A DNA stretch of 63,951 nt, filler included, from Planctomycetota bacterium (GCA_026991575.1; 4 parts of 4 records of this genome joined end to end with filler, not necessarily neighbours in it), one strand, 5' to 3'. Numbered from the whole stretch's first letter, positions 50,402 to 60,509 are shown. Numbers and translations: made by a program. Notes: generated from the sequence alone by a model not told the origin.

Positions 50402-53299
50402 CTAGTCTCGCTGGCCGTGCTCCTCATGTGACTCATCCCCGAAGAGCAGCAGCACGGGTGGGCCACCGCCGAGATTCGGGTTGGCCGCGTAGATGTACTG
50501 TGAATCGAAGAACTTCTGGAGGCGGACGTCGAGTTCTCCCAGGTGCGCGATGGTATACGGATCGAGCTTATCTCGGTGCTTCAGCGTAGCCTTCACCCAG
50601 GCGTGGATGCGGCGCAGCTCACCGAGGGCCAGCGTGATGATGGCCTTATGGGCAGCACTACTGCCGCCGGGTGCGGCCAGATCGAGCAATCGCTCGACAT
50701 GCTCACGCTGCAGGTTACGCCGCAGCGCGCTAACCATCGGCTCGGCCGCCGTGTACTTCTTGGCAGGGGGCTTGGTGAGCTCCTGCCAGATCTCGTTGGT
50801 GGTTGCCTGCATGAGCTCGGCCAGCGTGAATGCGTCCTTCTGGCCCTGCGTGTAGTACTCGTTCTCGAAGACTTCACGCAGTCTGGCCGGGTTCAGCAGC
50901 ATCGACAGCACGGATGCCTGAAGGCCCATGATCCGGTCCATGACCGGGAAGTCACTGGGCTCGAAGAACGCGCTCATACCTTCATCGAGCCACTTGTCGC
51001 TGACCAGGTAGCGGAGCAGCTTGGGCGTCAGGCCGAACGCCTCGTCACGGAAGGCGTTCTCCAGCACGAACCGCAGCGCGGCCCGCTGCTCTTGAGAGGA
51101 GACCGGCTCAATCGGCGTGCGGTTGCCGGGATCCCCCTTGTGATCCCGCCGGACGAACTTGCCGCCCAACCAGTTGGCCATCATGCTCAGGGAACGCAGC
51201 TGCAGCGCGAGCGTCAACTCGTAGCCTTCCCGAGCCTTTGCCCAACTCTGGCCCTCCTGAACCCACTTCTCCAGCAGCTTTTCACGATGGAAGCGGGCCA
51301 ACCGCATCTGTTCCTCGGCGTACTCCAGCGGGTTCTTGCTGAAGTCGTAGCGGCGAGCCAGCGGGTCGGGCCCGATCGTGTCCTCGTCCGTGGCGAACTG
51401 ATGTTCTGGTTTCGACACTTCCTTCAGCACTGCCTTGGCCTGCTTGTCGTCCGGAGCGTAGCCGTAGCGAATCGCCCACTCATCGTACGGCCCGATGCTG
51501 ACCATCGCGTAGTCGCCCTGGATCTCACCCGCCTTCATACGGATGTTGACCGGCAGGTAGTCCATGACCGAGCCGGCAAATGGCTTACCCTTCACCTTCG
51601 GGCTGTTGATCTCGTCAAGGTCATACAGCGCGCTGGCCTTGAAGTTGTGCCGCAGCCCAAGCGTATGACCGACCTCGTGGGCGACCAGATCGGCAATCAG
51701 CGGGCCGATGAACTCCTCCGGGATGCCGTCCAGCAGGTTGGTCTCCTTCTTCTCCTGCTTCTTCTCGCCTTCCTTCTTGTCCTTCTGGTCGTCATCCGGC
51801 AGGGCGCCGGTGACGGCAAGATGCATCCGGATCAGGGCCACGTCGATCGCCTTGCCTTCCAGGATCGAGCAGTACCCGTTCCGCTGGATCGTTACGCCCA
51901 CCAGTCCGTCGTATTCGTCGTCACCGAGGATGGGCGTCTTGACGGCCGCCACCGGATGGCCCGCGTACGGCCGGAACAGCTTGCGGCTGACCGCCAGAAG
52001 CCTGCGGCTGCGCTCTCCAGCGGGGGCCAGCCGAATGCGGGGATCCCAGTTCGGATGCGTGGCGAACCATTCCAGCACCTCCGGTCCCATCCCTTCCATG
52101 GCGAGCTTGGGCAAGATCCGCTTGTACTGCCGCCAGTAGTAGCGGATCCAACCATCCGTAAGGATGATGTCCGCATCGAGGATCTGACCGGTCAGCGGGT
52201 GCACACGGCTGGGCCCGATGGCGGTGCCGACGTTGTTGTTCAGCCAACGGATGAAGTTGTACCGCACGTCTTCCGGGTCCTTGTCCATGTGGGCACCGGT
52301 CTTGGCATCCTGGAAGTAGACCTCGATGGCATCGATGATGCCCACCTTTTCGAAGGCCCGGTTCCAGTACAGCACGCCTTCCCGTACCCAGCGGCGGTAG
52401 CGGACCGGCGTCGTGTGCTCGACGTAGAAGACGATCGGCTCCTTAGGCAAGCTCTTCTTCAGCTTCGGGTCGCCCTTCTCCAGATGCCAGCGGTTGATGT
52501 AGCGAACCCGTACCTCGTCCTCGTACTTGCTGAGGTCGTCGTAGACGGTGGTGAAGTAGCCGACGCGAGTGTCGGCAACGCGCGGCTTGTACTTCGTGCG
52601 TTCTGGGATCCGGCTGATCGAGAAGTGGAACCGCTTCAGCCGGCCATTGGCCACGGGGCCTTCGATCTCGACTTCGATGTTCTCTGGGAACGCCTTCACC
52701 TTGGTTACCCTTACCAGTCCGGGCCGGGTGATCTGCTGGCGGAAGAACAGGCCGGTGCTGCGGATCAGGAAGCTGTCCAGGTCGATCACCGGTTGGCCGC
52801 TTGGCCCGATCGCTACGATCGGCACTTCGGCAAGAACGCGATCCGTGAACAGCCGTTTGACCGACAGCTTTGCTTCCTCCTCTCTGGTCGCCCGCACCTC
52901 CACGTTCGGCTCAATGAGCGCGAGCCGCTTGTCGTAGCGGCGCCAGTAGACATATCGCTCGCCGGCCTGCAGCCCGGCGAACCGTTCGCCACTGGCGACC
53001 GTCAAGGCGATGTAGTGACGTTGCGAGCTGTAGCCCGGGGGCAGCTCGGCCAGCAGCTGCTGGTCCTTCTGGCGGTACCAGACACGGTACAGCGGCCGCT
53101 TGCCATCGGTCGTGCTTACCACTTCCTTGTACCCCTCGGACACCTTCGTGAACGGCGGGAACTCGGGCCGGCGCGTCGGAGTGGATGGCTTTGCCGAGCT
53201 GGTGGCCGTCTGCTGCGACGGCGACTGCTGGCCGTACGACCCGCCGACGGCAAGGCCCAAGGCGGCACAACTGCCCAGTACGAACCACAACCAACGCAT
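50402..53299 (-). CDS. Zinc-dependent metalloprotease, EcxA/DUF5117-DUF4953 type, secreted
   Basis: GGAGG RBS + signal peptide; PRVADTRVGYF, YINRWHLEK, HPLTGQILDADI, AHEVGHTLGLRHNF, SVMDY Met-turn. Confidence 0.9.
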   Translation of the reverse strand: MRWLWFVLGSCAALGLAVGGSYGQQSPSQQTATSSAKPSTPTRRPEFPPFTKVSEGYKEVVSTTDGKRPLYRVWYRQKDQQLLAELPPGYSSQRHYIALTVASGERFAGLQAGERYVYWRRYDKRLALIEPNVEVRATREEEAKLSVKRLFTDRVLAEVPIVAIGPSGQPVIDLDSFLIRSTGLFFRQQITRPGLVRVTKVKAFPENIEVEIEGPVANGRLKRFHFSISRIPERTKYKPRVADTRVGYFTTVYDDLSKYEDEVRVRYINRWHLEKGDPKLKKSLPKEPIVFYVEHTTPVRYRRWVREGVLYWNRAFEKVGIIDAIEVYFQDAKTGAHMDKDPEDVRYNFIRWLNNNVGTAIGPSRVHPLTGQILDADIILTDGWIRYYWRQYKRILPKLAMEGMGPEVLEWFATHPNWDPRIRLAPAGERSRRLLAVSRKLFRPYAGHPVAAVKTPILGDDEYDGLVGVTIQRNGYCSILEGKAIDVALIRMHLAVTGALPDDDQKDKKEGEKKQEKKETNLLDGIPEEFIGPLIADLVAHEVGHTLGLRHNFKASALYDLDEINSPKVKGKPFAGSVMDYLPVNIRMKAGEIQGDYAMVSIGPYDEWAIRYGYAPDDKQAKAVLKEVSKPEHQFATDEDTIGPDPLARRYDFSKNPLEYAEEQMRLARFHREKLLEKWVQEGQSWAKAREGYELTLALQLRSLSMMANWLGGKFVRRDHKGDPGNRTPIEPVSSQEQRAALRFVLENAFRDEAFGLTPKLLRYLVSDKWLDEGMSAFFEPSDFPVMDRIMGLQASVLSMLLNPARLREVFENEYYTQGQKDAFTLAELMQATTNEIWQELTKPPAKKYTAAEPMVSALRRNLQREHVERLLDLAAPGGSSAAHKAIITLALGELRRIHAWVKATLKHRDKLDPYTIAHLGELDVRLQKFFDSQYIYAANPNLGGGPPVLLLFGDESHEEHGQRD

Positions 53300-53664
53300 A
53301 CGCTGTCCTCCGCACGGATTGAGTCGTTGCGGTTGAAGTTCCTGTGAGAGCGGTGCGTGCATCAGGTGCGGGCAACTCACAGTATACTCAAGTTCCCTAT
53401 TTTAACCGAACCACGCCTCCCGCCCTGTTCCCCCACTGCGGTCCACGTCGGGCAGCTCCAGCGGCGTGGCCACGTGGAGCATGAGCCGCTGGCATCCGGG
53501 GGTATCGGCAAGCGGCGGGTTCTCCGGGCGGGCTGTGCCTGCGACGGGCACCTACTCTACACTACGTTGTGAAACCTGCCGGTGCGCTGGCAGGTGTATC
53601 AAGTGACCACGCATCACCCGCCGTACAGCTGGCTGGATCGCGAACCGGAGTAGTGGCTGACGCA

Positions 53665-55416
53665 ATGAGACGAACAAGATGCACCGTGAGGCTTTCCGTA
53701 CTGGCCGCGCTGCTCAGCTCGCTAGCCTGGCCAATCTGCGCCGGGGCCGGCGGGCAAGAGGCCGTGGCCGTGGGCGAGCGGGTTCCGATGGTCCGGTCGC
53801 TGCGCGACCTGAGAGGCAATCGGCGATCGCTGCGCAGCTACAACCGAAACCAGGTTCTCGTGCTGGCCTTCATTGGCACCGACTGTCCGCTGGCCAACCG
53901 TTACGTGCCCAGGCTCAAGCAGCTCTTTGACGAGTACCACTCCCGAGGCGTTCTGTTCCTGGCCGTCTATCCGCACGCCTTTGAAGACCTCGACATGATC
54001 GCCGCCCACGCCAGCGACCGGGATATCCCGTTCCCGGTGCTCAAGGACGTACGCCAACAGCTCGCCAGCCGGTTGGGCATCGAGCGAACCCCTACGGTCG
54101 CCGTGGTGGACCGGCAGGGCATTCTGCGCTACCGCGGCATGATCGACGATCAGTACGGGGTCAACTACAGTCGGGCGAAGCCGACCGAAGAGCCGCTGCG
54201 TGAGGCACTGGATGCCGTGCTTGCCGGTCAACCTGTCCCGGTTGCCGAAACGGAAACGGACGGCTGCCTGATCGTGCACGACCAGCCGTTGCGAACCCAA
54301 CGCGACCTCACCTACTGCCGCGACGTCGCACCGATCCTGTACCGCCGCTGCGTCCCCTGCCATCGTCCGGGCCAGGTTGCGCCGTTCAGCCTGACCGACT
54401 ATCGCGACGCCGTCCGTTGGGCACGCATGATTCGCGAGGTTGTGCTGGAGCGGCGCATGCCGCCGTGGCATGCCGATCCTCGCTTCGGCTCGTTCCGCAA
54501 CGACCGCCGCATGAGCTGGGAGGAGATCGAGACTGTGGTTGCCTGGATCGATGCCGGCATGCCCAAGGGCGACGAAGCGGATCTGCCCGAATTGCCAAGC
54601 TATCCAGACAAATGGACCATAGGCAGCCCGGATCTGGTGTTGAGGATGCCGGAGCCGTTTCGGGTGCCCGCCGAAGGAGTGCTGCCGTACCAGTACTTCG
54701 TGGTTGAGTCCGGCTTCACGGAGGACCGCTGGGTGGTTGCCGCAGAGGTACGGCCCGGTTTCCGACCGGTCGTGCACCACGTGATCGTGCACATCGTCAG
54801 GCCGGGCAAGCGGCTGTACGGTCGTGACGGTGAAATCGCCACGCTCGTCGCCTGGGCTCCGGGGGACGAACCGATGATTTGTCCGGAGGGCACCGCGCTG
54901 CGGATTCCGGCCGGTGCGAAGCTTGTCTTTGAGATGCACTACACGCCTTACGGCAAGGAAGCCCTGGACCAGACCGAGGTGGCGATCCGCTTTGCTGACG
55001 GCCCACCCGAGCGAGAAATCCGGAATAACTTGTTCGCAAACACCCGGATCCGAATTCCACCGCACGCATTGCACCACCGCGAAGAAGCCGAGCTGGTCTT
55101 TCCCCGGGCTGCGCGCATCGTGAGCCTGTTCCCTCACATGCATTGGCGCGGCAAGAGCTTCCGGTATGAGTTGATCTACCCGGACGGGCGGAAAGAAACG
55201 ATTCTCTCGGTGCCGCGGTGGGACTTCAACTGGCAAACCCATTACACGTTCCGCGAGCCGCTTCGGGTACCGGCTGGCACCAGACTCCGGGCGATCGCCC
55301 ATTGGGACAACTCGCGCTACAACCCGTACAACCCGGACCCCAGCGCAACCGTACACTGGGGACTGCAGACCTGGGATGAAATGCTGGTCGGTTGGGTGAC
55401 GTACGTCTGGGAGTAG
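53665..55416 (+). CDS. Redoxin + cytochrome c + copper type II monooxygenase-like fusion
   Basis: FIGTDCPLA, YRGMIDDQY, CVPCH heme motif, MPPW, VVHHVIVH, EMHY, PHMHWRG, QTWDEM. Confidence 0.85.
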   Translation: MRRTRCTVRLSVLAALLSSLAWPICAGAGGQEAVAVGERVPMVRSLRDLRGNRRSLRSYNRNQVLVLAFIGTDCPLANRYVPRLKQLFDEYHSRGVLFLAVYPHAFEDLDMIAAHASDRDIPFPVLKDVRQQLASRLGIERTPTVAVVDRQGILRYRGMIDDQYGVNYSRAKPTEEPLREALDAVLAGQPVPVAETETDGCLIVHDQPLRTQRDLTYCRDVAPILYRRCVPCHRPGQVAPFSLTDYRDAVRWARMIREVVLERRMPPWHADPRFGSFRNDRRMSWEEIETVVAWIDAGMPKGDEADLPELPSYPDKWTIGSPDLVLRMPEPFRVPAEGVLPYQYFVVESGFTEDRWVVAAEVRPGFRPVVHHVIVHIVRPGKRLYGRDGEIATLVAWAPGDEPMICPEGTALRIPAGAKLVFEMHYTPYGKEALDQTEVAIRFADGPPEREIRNNLFANTRIRIPPHALHHREEAELVFPRAARIVSLFPHMHWRGKSFRYELIYPDGRKETILSVPRWDFNWQTHYTFREPLRVPAGTRLRAIAHWDNSRYNPYNPDPSATVHWGLQTWDEMLVGWVTYVWE

Positions 55417-55501
55417 CCGGACGGCAGGTGCCGGGGAACTTGCATCCGTGCCCCCCTGCCCTTGCCGCGTCTGCAACGCAGACGTGTGAATTAGTCGCCT
55501 G

Positions 55502-57397
55502 CTACTGTTGCGCGTCGACTTGCCCGGATAGATAGCGTATCCGTCGCTGGATCTCTCGACCGGTGACCTTCAGTGATATCCGTGATGGGTCGATCTTGCA
55601 GCCGGTCAGGTAATCGTTCACGAACACGGCCGTGTTCAACGTCAGCAGCGCAACGAGCGGATCGTCGGTAGTGTTCAGTACGCTGTAGAGCGTAGGCCGC
55701 GGATCTGCCACTCCGACAATGGCGAGGAACTCCGCCGCCCGGACACGAACTAACGGCTCGGGATCCTCCAGCAGACGCCGTGCCAGCGACACGAGTGGCT
55801 TGGCTTGCTTGCCGAAGCAACTGCAGGCAATCAATGCCCAGTAGCGTTCCCATCGGTTCTGGCTACGCAGCGCATCGGCCAGCGCGGCACGGGCCTGGTC
55901 AAAAGGCAGCAGGCTTAAGTCCGCAATGTCCACCAGCCGGGCAATCTGCTCGCGGTGCGCGTTGCCAAACGCCACCGGATCTTCCAGCGCGTGGCGAACG
56001 ATGTAGCTCTCCGGCAGGAAGCTCAGGTCAGGCATCTCCTTGACCCACGTTCGCAACTCAGCCCGCAGCGACCGCAACAGCTCAGCGTAGGCGGGATCGC
56101 CGGCCAGGTTATGAACTTCGTGAGGGTCGTTCTCGAGGTCAAACAGCATTTCCACCGGACGCGGCTCAAAGAACTGCCGTTGGACGCCGTTAAGCTGGCC
56201 TTCCCTGTAGAGGGACCGCCACTGCTGGTAGGCAAGCATGCGGTAGCGGTAGTTGTTCTGGAGCGCGTCGGGGTAGAACGCCCAGTAGTTGCGGATGTAC
56301 TTGTAGCGGCCGCGGCGCAGTGATCGCACCATGTCGTACTTCTCGTCAAAGCGGTCTGCGTAGCCGAATGCCCTCTGGCGTTGCTCAAGGTGCTCGGGAG
56401 TGATGTCGGGCCCAAGAAACGGGCGGCCATCAAAGTAGTCGGGGACACGGACACCGGCCAGGTGCAGGACCGTGGCGCCGAAATCCACGAAACTGACGAA
56501 CCCATCCACTCTGGTGCCGGGCTCGAACCGAACGAGGTGACGCCAGTTTTCGGGCACCCTTACCACCAGCGGCACGTGCAAACCGGTCTCGTACAGGTAT
56601 CCTTTGCTACGCGGCAGTACGCCACCGTGGTCGGCGAAATAGAAGATGAACGTGTCTTCAAGTAGTCCGTCAGCGCGTAATGCATCCACCAGCCGACCGA
56701 CGAGTTCATCAACGCGTCGGATCCGGTCCAAGTAGCGCGCGTGAGTGTAGCGGAACAGCTGAGTGTCGGGGTGATAGGGCGCTAGCAGGATTCGTTGCGG
56801 GTTGCTGCGCAAGAGGCCGAAATCGATCTGATCTGGCCGAAAGTGCAGCGAGCTTTCGTGTGAGACGGTGTATGTCTGCATGTGGAAGAAAGGGGTCTCG
56901 GGCGACGGCCTGCGACGCCAGCTTGCCCGGCGCGATGACTCATCCCAGACCCCCTTCCCCTCGACCACGTTATAGTCCTTCTTGCGGTTGTTCGTCGTGT
57001 AGTATCCGGCCTGGCGGAGGAAAAAGGGGAAGAGGTGCCAGCCAGCGGGCAGCCGCGCCGGCCGCATCTTGCGGTGGTATTGGGCGGCGGTCCGTGGTGC
57101 GTAGACACAGGTTGCCAGCGTCGTACGTGCCGTGGAGCAGACAGGCGCGTTGGAGAAGGCATGCTCAAAGACGAGGCCGTGGTCGGCAAGCTGATCGATG
57201 TTTGGCGTGGGTGCTCCACCGGGCCAGTAGAGGCGGAAGTAATGGACGGAGCTGTCTTCGGACAGGATCCAGACGAAGTTAGGCCGGTCGGCACCGATGC
57301 TGTCGCGCGCGCCGGCAGCCGAACAACCCCATATCAGTGCCAGGATGACCGAGACTGTTCTGTATTGCACGGTCTGGTCCCCGTGGAAGGTTAGCAT
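55502..57397 (-). CDS. Sulfatase (S1) with C-terminal HEAT repeats
   Basis: PNFVWILSED, APVCSTAR, FADHGG, DRFDEKYD; VRVRAAEFL HEAT repeat; start uncertain. Confidence 0.88.
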   Translation of the reverse strand: MLTFHGDQTVQYRTVSVILALIWGCSAAGARDSIGADRPNFVWILSEDSSVHYFRLYWPGGAPTPNIDQLADHGLVFEHAFSNAPVCSTARTTLATCVYAPRTAAQYHRKMRPARLPAGWHLFPFFLRQAGYYTTNNRKKDYNVVEGKGVWDESSRRASWRRRPSPETPFFHMQTYTVSHESSLHFRPDQIDFGLLRSNPQRILLAPYHPDTQLFRYTHARYLDRIRRVDELVGRLVDALRADGLLEDTFIFYFADHGGVLPRSKGYLYETGLHVPLVVRVPENWRHLVRFEPGTRVDGFVSFVDFGATVLHLAGVRVPDYFDGRPFLGPDITPEHLEQRQRAFGYADRFDEKYDMVRSLRRGRYKYIRNYWAFYPDALQNNYRYRMLAYQQWRSLYREGQLNGVQRQFFEPRPVEMLFDLENDPHEVHNLAGDPAYAELLRSLRAELRTWVKEMPDLSFLPESYIVRHALEDPVAFGNAHREQIARLVDIADLSLLPFDQARAALADALRSQNRWERYWALIACSCFGKQAKPLVSLARRLLEDPEPLVRVRAAEFLAIVGVADPRPTLYSVLNTTDDPLVALLTLNTAVFVNDYLTGCKIDPSRISLKVTGREIQRRIRYLSGQVDAQQ

Positions 57398-57509
57398 CGG
57401 TTGCGGAGACGATCTGTCGTACGGGGGTGGTCGTCCGCTTGCGGGTCAGTCCAGACCGCGCGCACGGCAAAGGATTCGGCCACAGCGCGGCCCGCGACTT
57501 CTGTGCGAG

Positions 57510-57595
57510 TGCCCGGGGCGGGATTCGAACCCGCACGGAGGTTACCCCCCAGGGGATTTTAAATCCCCTGCGTCTGCCAATTCCGCCACCCGGGC
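57510..57595 (-). tRNA. tRNA-Leu(TAA)
   Basis: GCCCGGGTGGCGGAATTGGCAGACGCAGGGGATTTAAAATCCCC...GGTTCGAATCCCGCCCCGGGCA with long variable arm. Confidence 0.95.
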
Positions 57596-57614
57596 CCGGC
57601 AGCAGCTAGGCCGG

Positions 57615-57938
57615 TTACACGTACCGCTCGATGAGCTGTGCAATGCTACGCAGGATTTCTTCACGGTGTCTATTGGCTCCTGGCTGGATCGAGTGCGTGA
57701 CCATACGAGCCAGGACGAAAGCAAAGCACCGGTTCATCGCGGCCCGGGCTGCCGCCATCTGCTGAAGGATCAGCTCGCAGTCTTCGTTCTCGTCGATCAT
57801 GCGCTGGACCGCCGCAATCTGGCCGGCGATCTTGGCCAGCCTGTTGCGAAGCAGGCGTCGTTCCTCAGCACTGCACGAGAATGAAGCCGTCTGGGGTGCA
57901 CTGCTGCTGGTGGTTTTCTTTCTTGCTTGCCTCGCCAT
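57615..57938 (-). CDS. CsoR/RcnR/FrmR-family transcriptional repressor
   Basis: LRNRLAKIAGQIAAVQRMIDENEDCELILQQMAAARAA. Confidence 0.88.
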   Translation of the reverse strand: MARQARKKTTSSSAPQTASFSCSAEERRLLRNRLAKIAGQIAAVQRMIDENEDCELILQQMAAARAAMNRCFAFVLARMVTHSIQPGANRHREEILRSIAQLIERYV

Positions 57939-58788
57939 GATTCTCCGTCCCGCCGCACTCGTTGCGCCGTCTGAAGCACGCCCGGGACCGCGGCAGCACC
58001 GACAGCCGTGCCGGCGCAGCCCCTGCCCGCCTGGCCCCTTGCCGGCGTCACTTCACAACGGCGACAACCTCCGAAACGCGCACCTGTCTAGCTTGCCGGA
58101 TGCGATCCCGTGAGATGCAGTCGCTCCGAGCTGGGCGATTGTCTGGGCTGCTATGCCGTGAACCTGCATACCCGTTTCCGACGCAGCGGGCTGCATGAGT
58201 CGCGGCCGCCTGCGGGCGTCGGCGCGCGCCGGAGGGACCAAGGCACGAGGCGCAGTGCGCGCCGCTGCGTCCGGCCCGCCAAGCTCGGACCGTTACATTG
58301 TTGTCCGCAAGTCCAGCGAGAACTAGCTCTGCAGCCACCCGCACTTGTGCTGTGCAAGCCGCGCGTCGAGCTGGCCGGTCGCCTTACACGCACCGGCGCC
58401 TGGAGCCAGCTCCTCGCCACGCGGAGCAAGGGAGGCTCCGTCAGGCTCCGTGCACCGGAACAGACGCAGGAAGACCCGTTTCGTTAACGCAGCGGGTGGT
58501 TGCGCTAGGTGAGCGGGACGCAGAAGGGTGGTTGGGGGTAACGGGGGCGTCCTGTCACCGGGCAGCTTGCATGCCGTCGGTCGGTGCGGATCCTCCGCGG
58601 AAGTTGCGTGCCGCGGGCCGGGCAAGCAGGCCCGCGGCACGGCTGGGCAGAACGGTTCGAAGCTGATCGATGAGCGTCGCCAGTCACGGGCGCCCGCAGC
58701 AGCCTGGCCCGGTGCGTCCGGCTGGTGTCGACGCCAGCGCACTGGAAGCTCCCCCCGGGGCGCAGCGCCCCAGGCTCGCCCTGCTGGC

Positions 58789-59913
58789 TCAAACCCCAGC
58801 CACGCTAACCTCTGCTGCTTCTTCCTCAGGCTCGTCCTGCGGCAGGAAGCCTTTACGACCGTTCGGCGAGCTGTACTCATAGGGCCAGCGACGCACGCGT
58901 GGCGTCTGCGCGAAGTTGCCATGCGGCGGCGGCGAAGGCACGGTCCATTCCAGCGTGTTCGCCTGCCACGGGTTTTTCGGTGCCTTGGGACCGAAGAACA
59001 GCGAGTAGAAGAAGTTGGCAACAAAGATCAGCTGCGCGGCACCGAGCACGAGAGCACAGTAGGTGATGAACACGTTCCACGATTGCCACGGCTGGAGGAA
59101 CTCATAGAGCGTCGGGTCGGCAATCCGTCGCATGTGGCCGTGCGAGCCGAGAATGAACATGCCGAAGAAAACGCCCTGCAGCGGGATGAAGCTCAGCCAG
59201 AAATGCCATTTGCCAAGCGTCTCGTTCATCATCCGACCGAACGCTTTCGGGAACCAGTAGTAGATCGAAGCGATGGAGCCGAAGAGCACCGAGGCGGCCA
59301 GCGTGTAGTGGAAGTGGCCGACGACGAAGTACGTGTCGTGGACGTACAGGTCGACGAGTTCGGCAGCGTGGAACAGTCCCGTGAGGCCGCCAATGGCAAA
59401 GACGAAGACGACGCCGAGGGTGAAGAGCATCGCAGAGGTGTAGCGGATGTCCCCTTTCCACAACGTACCCAGCCAGTTGAGGAAAAATACGGCCGACGGG
59501 ATGCTAATCAGCGTCGTCAGCGCCATGAACGTCTTGCCCAGCATGGGAGCCATGCCAGAGGTGAACATATGGTGGCCCCACACCACCAGGCTGAGTGCGA
59601 CAATCGTTCCCATGGAAATGACCGTCGCTTTGTAGCCGAAGGCCGGCTTTCGGGAGAAGACGGCCAGCAGCTCGGAGACGACACCCCAGACCGGCAGAAT
59701 CAGGATGTAAACCTCCGGGTGGCCAAAGAACCAGAACAGGTGCTGGTACAGCAGCACCGCACCACCGCCGCCGTCAACCCGTTGTCCTTCCACCACCAGG
59801 CCGGCAGGCACGTAGAACGAGGTACCCCACCGGTCCAGCAGCAGCAGGAACAAGCCGGCTGCGATCACGGGCAACACGGCCAGGTTGAGGACGGCCGTGT
59901 AGAACAGGCCCCA
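58789..59913 (-). CDS. ctaD: Cytochrome c oxidase subunit I, A-type (5'-truncated by contig edge)
   Basis: YQHLFWFFGHPEVYILILP, VWGHHMF, HDTYFVVGHFHY, NPWQANTLEW. Confidence 0.93.
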   Translation of the reverse strand, partial: WGLFYTAVLNLAVLPVIAAGLFLLLLDRWGTSFYVPAGLVVEGQRVDGGGGAVLLYQHLFWFFGHPEVYILILPVWGVVSELLAVFSRKPAFGYKATVISMGTIVALSLVVWGHHMFTSGMAPMLGKTFMALTTLISIPSAVFFLNWLGTLWKGDIRYTSAMLFTLGVVFVFAIGGLTGLFHAAELVDLYVHDTYFVVGHFHYTLAASVLFGSIASIYYWFPKAFGRMMNETLGKWHFWLSFIPLQGVFFGMFILGSHGHMRRIADPTLYEFLQPWQSWNVFITYCALVLGAAQLIFVANFFYSLFFGPKAPKNPWQANTLEWTVPSPPPHGNFAQTPRVRRWPYEYSSPNGRKGFLPQDEPEEEAAEVSVAGV

Positions 59914-59915
59914 GA

Positions 59916-60015
59916 NNNNNNNNNNNNNNNNNNNNNNNNNNNNNNNNNNNNNNNNNNNNTTAATTAATTAANNNNNNNNNNNNNNNNNNNNNNNNNNNNN
60001 NNNNNNNNNNNNNNN
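59916..60015. other. Artificial contig linker
   Basis: 44 N + TTAATTAATTAA + 44 N. Confidence 0.97.
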
Positions 60016-60016
60016 C

Positions 60017-60262
60017 CCCGTGACAGTGATCGGTGCTCGTTGCAGCTCGGGGATCCGCGTGTACCGCGGGCTGCCGGCGCGCATCTTGCGCGACCGGCCG
60101 GCAATCGTCAGTTTTCGCGTGCACTGGCCCGCCACACAAGGCCGGTGGCGGCGGTGGGTCCAACTCCTGACGCATCAGGGCAGACGGGTGACGATCACGT
60201 TTCGAGGCGAGACGTCCGAGCACATATGGTCGGAGGTATCCCATGAGACAGGCGATCGTTGA
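60017..60262 (+). CDS. Partial CDS: C-terminal DUF1573-like Ig domain
   Basis: Frame open from the contig edge: PVTVIGARCSSGIRVYRGLPARI...IVSFRVHWPATQGRWRRWVQLLTH...VTITFRGE; overlaps the next gene by 20 nt. Confidence 0.55.
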   Translation, partial: PVTVIGARCSSGIRVYRGLPARILRDRPAIVSFRVHWPATQGRWRRWVQLLTHQGRRVTITFRGETSEHIWSEVSHETGDR

Positions 60263-60509
60263 CGCTCTTGCAGTTGCCCTTGCCGTGTTTGGCTTGGCAA
60301 CCACCGCATTGGCTTTGGTGCCATCCCCGTGGCTGACGGATGATCCGAATCCGCAATTTCCGTGTATCCTCTGCACGGAGCAAGCCTGCTCCGGGGCACA
60401 GCCACCCTGCGCGGTCTATGCTGGATGTGCCGCCGTCGGGGACAATAGCTGCGTCGGGTGCTTCTGTAAGCAGCGATCGAACCGCTGCGAGTGCCAGCGG
60501 CAGAATTGA
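60243..60509 (+). CDS. Small secreted 10-Cys peptide
   Basis: GGAGGT RBS at 60232; Sec signal ending ALA; C-x2-C-x4-C-x6-C-x5-C-x7-C-x2-C-x-C-x6-C-x-C. Confidence 0.8.
   Translation: MRQAIVDALAVALAVFGLATTALALVPSPWLTDDPNPQFPCILCTEQACSGAQPPCAVYAGCAAVGDNSCVGCFCKQRSNRCECQRQN

Noticed and set aside
50543..53347. 934-aa plus-strand ORF
   Set aside because: Antisense shadow of the metalloprotease gene; long stop-free opposite frames are expected with high GC3.
53722..55476. 584-aa minus-strand ORF (likewise 14702-16180, 58528-59967, 24637-25767)
   Set aside because: Antisense to well-supported genes; no recognisable motifs.
57100..57150. Sulfatase motif CSTAR instead of CxPxR
   Set aside because: Substitution at this position occurs in S1 sulfatase subfamilies; Cys and Arg are intact.
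57939..58788. 850-nt gap after cox subunit I (also 23579-24225 and 39585-40182)
   Set aside because: Only Arg/Pro-rich spurious ORFs and no convincing RNA structure; nothing supportable.
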